Source of the DNA: an uncultured Bacteroidales bacterium | Lineage (GTDB): Bacteria; Bacteroidota; Bacteroidia; Bacteroidales; UBA10428 | Assembly: GCA_964456825.1 (NCBI GenBank) | Contig: CAYWCR010000002.1 | Coordinates: 30,411 to 94,410, forward strand | Direction of reading: 5' to 3' | Length of the DNA stretch: 64,000 nt | Shown here: in pieces, positions 56,244-64,000 of the stretch | Numbering within the stretch: the stretch's first letter is position 1 | Layout of the letters: every line of letters begins with the position of its first letter | The notes under the pieces: model-generated | Database searches by the model: none | Seen by the model: only the letters and a program-made list of their open reading frames with translations | Told to the model about the DNA's origin: nothing | Program-made: the position numbers and the translations under genes

Positions 56244-56489
56244 TCATTCCTTCGCCAGCAATGTTCTGGCTGTGACACCTTTCAGTCTGCCCAGCTGGCC
56301 GGTGAGGGTACTAAATTCGTCCGCAGTTCCTTCAATGACGAGAGAGATGATGCTCAATCCTTTTTCGCGGATCTGAATCCCTTGTCTTCCGATGATGACC
56401 GATGCGTGTTTCGAAAGGATGTCGTTCAGCTGTTGAACGAATTCCTTGTTCCTGACAAGGATGAGGATAGCTCCGATTCTCTTCTCCAT
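56244..56489 (-). CDS. TM1266-like small ACT/NikR-C-like protein (iron-only hydrogenase system regulator family)
   Basis: 81 aa. IGAILILVRN...LSIISLVIEG pattern. Located immediately upstream of hydG, as in other hyd maturase operons. Confidence 0.6.
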   Translation of the reverse strand: MEKRIGAILILVRNKEFVQQLNDILSKHASVIIGRQGIQIREKGLSIISLVIEGTADEFSTLTGQLGRLKGVTARTLLAKE

Positions 56490-56822
56490 AAGAAAAACTT
56501 TTGGGTCAGACTTGTTTTATCAGGGTCTTTGTTGAAGCTAAAACACCGCAACGCAGACAAAATTGATGTATGGAACAAAGGTAAGAAAGTTTTTGTTATT
56601 ATTATAACAATAGAATAGTTTTCATTGGATTTCTATGCCGTCCCTAAATATGCATGTCATAAACGAACCATGGCCTTGATAATGGACCAATAAATAAAAA
56701 CCATTAAATTATCAGATGGTTAAGTGAGTATTTGTTTTTTTTGTAATTTACCTTGCTTTTTATATCATATTAGTAATTATAAAATCCGTGTCACATTATA
56801 TACCAGACAATAATAAAATTTT

Positions 56823-59800
56823 ATGAAAAAGTCTATTATTTTGGTTGAACTTGTTCTGATATCATTTTCACTGTATTCTCAAAAAGCTAATGATGCTATA
56901 TCAAAGGGTTTACTGAAAATAACAGCGCAATCTGAAAATAAAGTTTTAAGCGGCAGACTTTATGAGCAGATGATAAATACCGGGAAACTATCTGATAATA
57001 AGCTTAAAAATACAGCTGATAATACCTGCAACATTATTTTATATTTCGATCATTATCCTTCTGCGGAACAGATAGCTGAACTTGAAAAACTGGGGGCTGT
57101 CTTATATTTCCAAACCTGGACACCTCCCATGGAAGATCATAAATTTGGTTTTCTGATCGCTAAGGTTCCGGTCAGTAACCTTCCTAATTTTATTGAACTT
57201 CCGTTCGTAAAGAAAGTGGATACGGCAGAACGCACAAGCTCGGCAATGAACAATAATGCCTCGATGAGCAGTAATGTTCAGATGGCCTGGGCAAAAGGCT
57301 ATACCGGGAAAGGCGTTAAAATCTGCATTTTAGATTCTGGTATAGACACCACATACAAAGGTTCTGATTTTCCTGCTTCCTTTGAGTATAAAGACTATTC
57401 CTATTTTCCCCAACTCGACGATAATGTTGCAAACGAAGTTACAGGTCATGGAACACATGTGGCAGCGACAGCGCTGGGACGGGGAAAATTATCCGAAGGG
57501 CATATGCATTTTAACAACGGGAATGGATCTTTTAAAGGTATGGCTCCCGATGCCGATCTTGTTTTTTTAAAAATAGGGCAGGATGAAGATGCTATTTCTG
57601 AAGACCCCCCTACCATTGCAGCCATTGATGCAGCCGTAAATATTTATCACGCCGATATCATTTCCATGAGCTACGGAGGATGGGAAGATTATCATGACGG
57701 AAGCTGTGCACTGGAACAAAAAGTTGACTGGGCTTACAGTCAGGGGGTGCCTTTCTTTCTTTCAGGAGGGAATAAAGCGGGCGATAATAAACATTGGATG
57801 GGAACCATCGCTGCAAATGCTGAAAGTGATTTTATCGAGTTGGTTGTATCCGAACCTAATGGAGATACAACCATGTTGCGGTTTAATCTGGTGTGGGCAG
57901 ACGGGGAAAAAAGAAACGCACTGAACCTGCATTATTTTGATAATCAAAAACAGCCATTGAATAATGTTATTGCCTTCCCTACAACGGAAAGCATTAAAGG
58001 TACGGAATCGCAAATATCCTATTATGAAAATGCACTTTATTCGGCAGGGACCTATTATGTTAAGGTTGTCAATAATTCAGACTTCCCGCAGGTTGTTCAT
58101 ATTTATGAAGATTGGGACAACCTGAGAATTGGCACAAATCATGTCTCCTTTGCCGAAGGTGAACCCTTTTACACGATAGGAGCACCTTCATCGGCTGTTC
58201 ACGCCTTTTCGGTCGGGGCCTATGTATCCAGAACCGGATGGACAAGTTCATTGAACAGTGACCGATGGTGGGGACCATCTCACCGTATCAACTGCATTGC
58301 CCCTTTCTCCAGCCTTGGGCCTACGATGGATGAAAGAACCAAGCCTGATATTACGGGTCCCGGTTCTACCGTTTTATCTTTGCGGGATAAGGATATATAC
58401 ACCACCGAAGGTCATGCATGGATTGATAATGACGGAATTACAGGCGGAGATGCCAATTATTACGCCATGAGGGGTACCAGCATGGCTTGTCCTGTTGTTG
58501 CCGGCGCCGCTGCTTTGTTTCTTGAAAAATATCCGGATGCATCTCCGCAGCAGGTCTATGATGCCATAAAAAATTACAGCAATACAACAGGATTGAGTTC
58601 AGGCCCCGATAATACATGGGGGTTTGGTAAATTAGACATATTCAGTGCCATCAGGAGATCAAGGGATCTCATTTCAATTGATGGCGATTTGAACAATACC
58701 GAATATGAAACATTGGCCACCTTTACCAGTGGCCAAAATAGTTTTGGAGATAAGAATACCCTAGGCGAATTGAAATTTCATTCAGATGGTTTATTCCTGT
58801 ACATCGGGATAACAGGCGAACTATCGCCTGATAATGATGTGCTGCTATTCCTGGATTTCTCGGGAGTGCAGGGGCGCGGCAATAATTACCTGGGAGGAGG
58901 TGATCCGGAGAATTATATTAATGCTGCATTCTCTTATCTCAACAATGTCAAGATGGATTTTGATGTCGATTTTGCTATAGATTTCAGAGAAGGAAACAGC
59001 GACCCAAACGATTTTTTCATTGACGCAATACGATATGGGACTTCCAACAAAAATTCCAATGCGGGAAAAACAAACCAGGTCGGTGCTGAAATAAATTATG
59101 ATATTGGCCCTTTATTCGGGGGGACTGGTTTTCTTTCAGTAGCTTATGACAGCAGTTATTCCGTTAACAGCAATAAAGGGATAGAGATTAAAATACCCAT
59201 TTCGGCTTTTACGGGTGTGGATACTTCTCAAACCTTGCGCCTGTTCGCGGTGATTTCTTCCAGGTATGGCAACATATCGAATGAATGTATCCCTGGTGAT
59301 CCCGGAGCGAACAGTTTGGGCGACGGAGCTGATTTTTCGGTAATCTCCAACCAGGATTTTTTTACTCAACCTGTTAAAATCTCTGTTCCTCAACCTACTA
59401 CTTTTATTATCAGCAACGAAGCACCGGGTTATTTAATTGACAATCTTATTGCACAGGGTCACGGTGATAAAAATCTTTACAAGGTCATGCAATTGCTGCA
59501 GCCATTATCGGACGGGGCAATTCCGCAATGGTTCATGGATGCCCTCGCTTCCTGTCCTGCCGGAAGTGAAATATTCACGGATGAACTGAGCAATTTCGCA
59601 GGGCTAAATAATCCAGTAGCTGTCAATTCAGATGGAACATTAATGATCAGCAGCATTTATGGCAGAGATTACAATGAAATAACCGGTTTTAATACAACCC
59701 GTGGCAATATGATCGGTAACGTGACCTCTCAGTTCACCTCAGCCTTGGATGCCGAATACTATATAAATACCGGAATGGTGGTTAATAATGGGACCGGTCA

Positions 59801-60104
59801 TTATATTGCCTTTGCTATTGCTTGGACTGATACGGTGAGTACTGTTCTAATTGATATTCAGGATATGCCTGATCCTGTTTTTATGCTATATCCTAATCCT
59901 GCATCTGATAAAATCAGTATCCGTCTTAATAAGGCTGTCAGCGATGTGCGCATCAGCCTGTTCGATATCTGCGGAAGGCTGTTGATGAAAGTAAACGGAT
60001 ACAATGGCAGCCCGATCGATATTTCATCCCTGGCCAGAGGAATGTATACCATCGATATAGAATCGAAAGGATTCCATTGCATTGAAAAGTTTGTCAAACA
60101 ATAA
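56823..60104 (+). CDS. S8 subtilisin-family serine protease with large C-terminal extension and type A T9SS CTD
   Basis: Catalytic triad contexts ICILDSGID, HGTHVAATALG, GTSMACPVVAGAAALF. C-terminus LYPNPASDKISIRL...GMYTIDIES (Por secretion tail). Confidence 0.85.
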   Translation: MKKSIILVELVLISFSLYSQKANDAISKGLLKITAQSENKVLSGRLYEQMINTGKLSDNKLKNTADNTCNIILYFDHYPSAEQIAELEKLGAVLYFQTWTPPMEDHKFGFLIAKVPVSNLPNFIELPFVKKVDTAERTSSAMNNNASMSSNVQMAWAKGYTGKGVKICILDSGIDTTYKGSDFPASFEYKDYSYFPQLDDNVANEVTGHGTHVAATALGRGKLSEGHMHFNNGNGSFKGMAPDADLVFLKIGQDEDAISEDPPTIAAIDAAVNIYHADIISMSYGGWEDYHDGSCALEQKVDWAYSQGVPFFLSGGNKAGDNKHWMGTIAANAESDFIELVVSEPNGDTTMLRFNLVWADGEKRNALNLHYFDNQKQPLNNVIAFPTTESIKGTESQISYYENALYSAGTYYVKVVNNSDFPQVVHIYEDWDNLRIGTNHVSFAEGEPFYTIGAPSSAVHAFSVGAYVSRTGWTSSLNSDRWWGPSHRINCIAPFSSLGPTMDERTKPDITGPGSTVLSLRDKDIYTTEGHAWIDNDGITGGDANYYAMRGTSMACPVVAGAAALFLEKYPDASPQQVYDAIKNYSNTTGLSSGPDNTWGFGKLDIFSAIRRSRDLISIDGDLNNTEYETLATFTSGQNSFGDKNTLGELKFHSDGLFLYIGITGELSPDNDVLLFLDFSGVQGRGNNYLGGGDPENYINAAFSYLNNVKMDFDVDFAIDFREGNSDPNDFFIDAIRYGTSNKNSNAGKTNQVGAEINYDIGPLFGGTGFLSVAYDSSYSVNSNKGIEIKIPISAFTGVDTSQTLRLFAVISSRYGNISNECIPGDPGANSLGDGADFSVISNQDFFTQPVKISVPQPTTFIISNEAPGYLIDNLIAQGHGDKNLYKVMQLLQPLSDGAIPQWFMDALASCPAGSEIFTDELSNFAGLNNPVAVNSDGTLMISSIYGRDYNEITGFNTTRGNMIGNVTSQFTSALDAEYYINTGMVVNNGTGHYIAFAIAWTDTVSTVLIDIQDMPDPVFMLYPNPASDKISIRLNKAVSDVRISLFDICGRLLMKVNGYNGSPIDISSLARGMYTIDIESKGFHCIEKFVKQ

Positions 60105-60210
60105 ATACAACCTGCCGGGATTATACAGACCATCAAAGCACTATGAACACAAAGGGGCACAAAGAAGATAAATCTTGGTAATCTTCAGTGCCTAAAGGCC
60201 TGTGTCTTTC

Positions 60211-62883
60211 CTAAATTGAAAACCAGTAATTGAATTTCACCAGGAAGATATTATCCGGATACACATTCCCGAATTGCTTCATCGATTCACCCAGGGCAGC
60301 ATTCAGCGGCTCGGCCCCACCGGTTTTGTCCATCGACCATACCAGATAGCATGTCGAACCGGGTCTGTATTCCCAGCGGATCACCAGGTTAGAGCGGAAT
60401 TGCAGAAAGTTGAAATCCGGGTCCGGTATGGAGAAGTCAGCAATGGCATCATGATCATCATCAAAGAAAATGCTTCTTTCCGTCTTTACAGGACCAGCAA
60501 ATATTTCAAAACGTGAGGAATAATCCTCTTCAACAGGATTGGTAACTTTTTTAAACTCCGAGTATTTTCCCCTGGAAACAAAGGGACTTCCATAGTATTG
60601 AACCGAGAGTTCAGGGGTTATGATATAGTCGATCCGGAATTCAAGGCCCAACGTCTGCTGGTCGATGGTTCCCAAAATATAACGGTTACTCAGCTGATGG
60701 CTGACGGTACTGATGTATTGCAGCTGATTATATTGTGTGGCATAATTCACACCGGCAGCCAGTTTTAGGGTGTTGAAAGGCCGGAAGACAATTTCGGGGC
60801 TGATCTCAAAATAACGGTAATATTTCACCGCTGATTGATTATAGGCAACCTCAATGCCGGCAAAGAGCATTTTTGCATTATCGGTATGGGCCGACGAGTA
60901 AATTCTCCAGACGGAAGGCGTCATTATGGCTTCGCCTCCACGCAGGAGACGTGTATCGAGATGCCGGGTCTGGTATCCCGGATGAAGCTCGATGGCCCAT
61001 TTGTTCAGAAATTCAAACCGGGTCTCAAGTTCGGCATTCGATGCCAGGTATCTGCCCCCGAAATCCCAGTGATTGCATTCAAAAAGGCCGATAGAATATG
61101 TTCTGAACACAGAGACAGGTTTGTTTACAAAATAGGAGACTGAATTTGTCTGATGGAAAAAATCGGCCATCTGCAGATATCCGATATCATTTACCTCCAG
61201 TCCGGGAGAAAACCAGCTTATGCCCGTTGAATAACGCCACAAACCCTTGCTCTTCCTGCCGATGTTGATACTGCCGGCTGAGCCGGCCAAATGTGTCCGT
61301 GTGCTGTCAAATTTCAGATAATCCGCGTCAGGACGCTGGAAATACCTTGCCGATGCGCGCTGCAGGTTTAGCATTGCCGCTTCGTCACCTGCAACATAGC
61401 TCCCGATGAATTTCGCATCAACGTAATACTTTTTATCCTTCCAATGGTGCAATAGATCAAGCCCCCCCGTGTAAGCTGCCCTGTTCATGAAGGCCAGGTG
61501 ATCATCCTGAATAAATCGGTTGGTGGATGTGAAGATGGCTCCTATCATGGTATTGCCTTGTTTGAAATCCTGCTGAACACGTCCTGCCACGTAGTTGGTA
61601 TAGGGGTCGACTGTTTCTTTCCGGCGGTCATCCGCAGTGGTTGCTATAACTGCTTTCTCGCTCGAGGTAAGGCTTTGCAGAATGCCGACTGAAAATCCGC
61701 CTGCCGTTTTGCCACTCAGTTTCATTGCATTCAATATGGAGGTATTTTCCGGCATCTTCATGGTTTCTCCGCTGTCTGTTGCCGGACTATAAAAGGGGGC
61801 ATGGCCGATTCGCCTCGAGTAAAAGAGGGTCATGTTGTCCACGTCATAATCAAAAATATTGCTCCCTTCGAGAAAGAAAGGTCTTTTTTCCTCATAAAAA
61901 GTTTCGAATGCCGTCAGATTCATGACGGACGGATCGGCTTCCACCTGTCCGAAATCCGGATTAACGGTCAGGTCTAAGGTGAAGTTCGACGACAGGCCGA
62001 TTTTTGCATCAGCGCCAACAGTGCCTGCCCATGACCTGCCGTTATCGGTAAAAGGATTGCCGGGCTGCTTCTCTGTCGTTTGCAGTTTGCCGACAGCATA
62101 GGGCATAAATTCAAACCGCCGCGATTTTTTCAGTCCGCTGATGCCATGCAATTCCCCGAATAAATAAAGCACACCGGGACCTGTGGAAGACTGGACTTCC
62201 CAGTCGCTTTCTTCCTGAAGCCGGTTGATCCACCGCCAGCAATGCATGCCCCAGACCTGTTCCGTTTCATTGCTGTACCGGAGCTGGCTCAGGGGGATCT
62301 CCATTTCGGCCGTCCAGGCTGAGTCTTCCATGCCTACTTTTCCTGTCCATACCGCATTCCAGTTAAAATCGGGATTGCAGGGATTGGTAAGGATATCGTC
62401 AATTTTCTGGCCGTAAGCCGTAAGGTGAAACTCGAAGCCGGTCCGTTGGTCATGGTAGCTGTCAAACCCTACACCAACCACATCGCCCTGGAATTCATCA
62501 CGGCGACCTGCCCTTCGCTGAATTTTGGACGGTTCACTGTCGTATGACCTGATAGCAACATAGATATTATCATCATCATAGAGCACCTTCATTTCCGTCG
62601 GCTGAGAGGCTTTTGCTCCTTCGTTGGGGATCCACTGGGTGAAATCGCCTTCCCAGGTGCCGGTGTTCCAGCACTCATCCCCGAGATGACCGTCTATAAC
62701 CGGCTTTTCGGTTGTCAGCCGTATGGTGGTGTATACCCTTAACGGGACCTTGACATTTTTACTGCTGTCATCCATTGTGTATTTGTCATACCTGTTTCCC
62801 GGTACCGTGGCAAATGCAGTATTCATAGCTGTTACCAGCACCCATATTGCACCATATTTTTGAATGGCTTTATTTGATATCAT
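60211..62883 (-). CDS. CBM9/DOMON-like N-terminal domain plus DUF5916-like beta-barrel-type protein
   Basis: 890 aa with a signal peptide. N-terminal VIDGHLGDECW...YDDDNIYVAIRSYD resembles the CBM9-like module. The long beta-rich C-terminal region ends FNYWFSI. Confidence 0.5.
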   Translation of the reverse strand: MISNKAIQKYGAIWVLVTAMNTAFATVPGNRYDKYTMDDSSKNVKVPLRVYTTIRLTTEKPVIDGHLGDECWNTGTWEGDFTQWIPNEGAKASQPTEMKVLYDDDNIYVAIRSYDSEPSKIQRRAGRRDEFQGDVVGVGFDSYHDQRTGFEFHLTAYGQKIDDILTNPCNPDFNWNAVWTGKVGMEDSAWTAEMEIPLSQLRYSNETEQVWGMHCWRWINRLQEESDWEVQSSTGPGVLYLFGELHGISGLKKSRRFEFMPYAVGKLQTTEKQPGNPFTDNGRSWAGTVGADAKIGLSSNFTLDLTVNPDFGQVEADPSVMNLTAFETFYEEKRPFFLEGSNIFDYDVDNMTLFYSRRIGHAPFYSPATDSGETMKMPENTSILNAMKLSGKTAGGFSVGILQSLTSSEKAVIATTADDRRKETVDPYTNYVAGRVQQDFKQGNTMIGAIFTSTNRFIQDDHLAFMNRAAYTGGLDLLHHWKDKKYYVDAKFIGSYVAGDEAAMLNLQRASARYFQRPDADYLKFDSTRTHLAGSAGSINIGRKSKGLWRYSTGISWFSPGLEVNDIGYLQMADFFHQTNSVSYFVNKPVSVFRTYSIGLFECNHWDFGGRYLASNAELETRFEFLNKWAIELHPGYQTRHLDTRLLRGGEAIMTPSVWRIYSSAHTDNAKMLFAGIEVAYNQSAVKYYRYFEISPEIVFRPFNTLKLAAGVNYATQYNQLQYISTVSHQLSNRYILGTIDQQTLGLEFRIDYIITPELSVQYYGSPFVSRGKYSEFKKVTNPVEEDYSSRFEIFAGPVKTERSIFFDDDHDAIADFSIPDPDFNFLQFRSNLVIRWEYRPGSTCYLVWSMDKTGGAEPLNAALGESMKQFGNVYPDNIFLVKFNYWFSI

Positions 62884-63081
62884 TATGCTGAATGGATAAA
62901 AACTTGTTTCAGATATTCATAAGAATATATGACCATAAAGTATAGGTAACACCCTATGAATGGTCACGGAATTCTTCGGAAAGATAATGGATTCAATGGA
63001 TACAGACAAGTAAACAGAAAATTATTTGGCTCCGCGATATGGTATCATATAAACATCCTGCAGGACCGGGTGACAGGCAGG

Positions 63082-64000
63082 CTATAATGACGGGCCAAAT
63101 TCATACCGGTGTTCAAAAGTGACCAGGTTGATCCCGGGCAATTTATATTTCAAATGGTAATAATGTTTCGAATAATACATAGCTGAACGATTAAAATCCA
63201 GGTTTAACAGGGTTGTAACCCTTGGATCATCAAGTCTTTCAAAATCATTGACAGCTTTGCCCTTAAAACCATACAGATCGTCAAACACAATGGCAGCCAG
63301 ATATGATTTCAGAACATAGCCCGTAATTAAACGGGAAACCGGAACACCTGATTGTATTTCGTCATCATTCAGCCTGATATCTGCAGGAGATGTATAATCT
63401 GCATTATTATAATTGATAAAGTAAAGGATGTCGTTCACCGGCCTGAATCCGATATAGTTTGCAGGCCTTCTTGAAGCATAACCAAGGCTGGAGGCCAGAT
63501 CATAGCCATAAATATTAAGGTCTGTCAGGGTTGTATCAAGCTGCACCGTTACAAGTTTCGGATAATCATAAGCTTTAAAGTCCTGATAATGTAGAATATC
63601 CGCAGGCAGTACCTGTTCATAAAGATCCAGCAACTCACCATCTGAGACAGGATAGTCACCGGCAGTCATCGAATAAACCAGGGGGTACAACTCCCATAAG
63701 GTTACCCGGTGCTCTCCATCAAGAATACTGCCGATCTTTTCTGAGAAAGAATTGTACTGACTTGTTTTAAAGTAACTGCTCCGGAAGAATTTTTGCAGTA
63801 TTCCGTTTTTTTCCATGATAAAGTCAATGCGGTATATGGTATTATTTTGCAGCTCAGGCATTGGATATTTCAAAATACCAAGTGCCTCATCATACTCCAT
63901 ATCGGAGGCATGGTTTTCATCCGTCGCTATGCCTGTAATGGATACTACCAGGTTTTTGTCCAGCAGAAAATCAGGTCTTACATAGGTTTTGATATAACCG
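63082..64000 (-). CDS. Hypothetical protein, 5' end probably beyond window edge
   Basis: The reading frame stays open upstream of the listed Met (63900) to nt 64000. No motif recognised. Confidence 0.4.
   Translation of the reverse strand, partial: GYIKTYVRPDFLLDKNLVVSITGIATDENHASDMEYDEALGILKYPMPELQNNTIYRIDFIMEKNGILQKFFRSSYFKTSQYNSFSEKIGSILDGEHRVTLWELYPLVYSMTAGDYPVSDGELLDLYEQVLPADILHYQDFKAYDYPKLVTVQLDTTLTDLNIYGYDLASSLGYASRRPANYIGFRPVNDILYFINYNNADYTSPADIRLNDDEIQSGVPVSRLITGYVLKSYLAAIVFDDLYGFKGKAVNDFERLDDPRVTTLLNLDFNRSAMYYSKHYYHLKYKLPGINLVTFEHRYEFGPSL

Noticed and set aside
55245-56618. 457-aa plus-strand ORF
   Set aside because: It is antisense to hydG and the TM1266-like gene. hydG carries both diagnostic Cys motifs, whereas the antisense product is low-complexity with no motif. 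It is a shadow ORF.
1-64000. Mobile element, prophage or defence island
   Set aside because: I recognised no integrase, transposase, recombinase, phage structural gene, restriction-modification gene, nuclease/helicase defence gene or flanking tRNA. Apparent composition is uniform across the window.

Overview
The window looks like a chromosomal segment of an anaerobic Bacteroidota-type genome. Supporting marks are a SusC/SusD pair, type A and type B T9SS C-terminal domains, PorP/SprF, and the HydE/F/G [FeFe]-hydrogenase maturases. I saw no rRNA, tRNA, CRISPR array, integrase or transposase. About 35 genes can be supported. Positions 1-15.1 kb hold housekeeping genes (maeB fragment, AI-2E transporter, dgkA, uvrB, an orphan rhamnulokinase) plus an unusual signalling pair: a periplasmic propeller/YYY sensor whose only cytoplasmic domain is a GAF, followed by a coiled-coil adenylate cyclase fused to an HD phosphohydrolase. 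Positions 15.2-27.4 kb hold a 1454-aa PKD-repeat cargo with a type B T9SS CTD. It is transcribed divergently from a same-strand run of PorP/SprF, a TPR/PD40/OmpA protein, an M43-like protein with a degenerate zinc site, and an exported TldD/PmbA pair. Positions 27.5-51.2 kb are the main candidate system: a ten-gene, single-strand polysaccharide utilization locus. It encodes a propeller-LuxR membrane regulator, SusC, SusD, a LamG lipoprotein, two GH144-like enzymes, a 1061-aa protein of unassigned family, a GPH/MFS transporter with a roughly 210-aa insertion, a signal-less GH35-like protein and a 1121-aa GH94-like phosphorylase. I read this as a beta-1,2-glucan/sophoro-oligosaccharide pathway. 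Positions 51.3-64 kb hold a small OM beta-barrel, a TM1266-like regulator with hydG-hydF-hydE, a T9SS-secreted S8 protease, a CBM9/DUF5916-like protein and an edge-truncated hypothetical. Intergenic regions carry a recurrent, unusual class of phased 7-9 nt tandem arrays. These are often arranged as an array followed by its reverse-complement array. All family assignments rest on motif recognition by eye; no searches were run.
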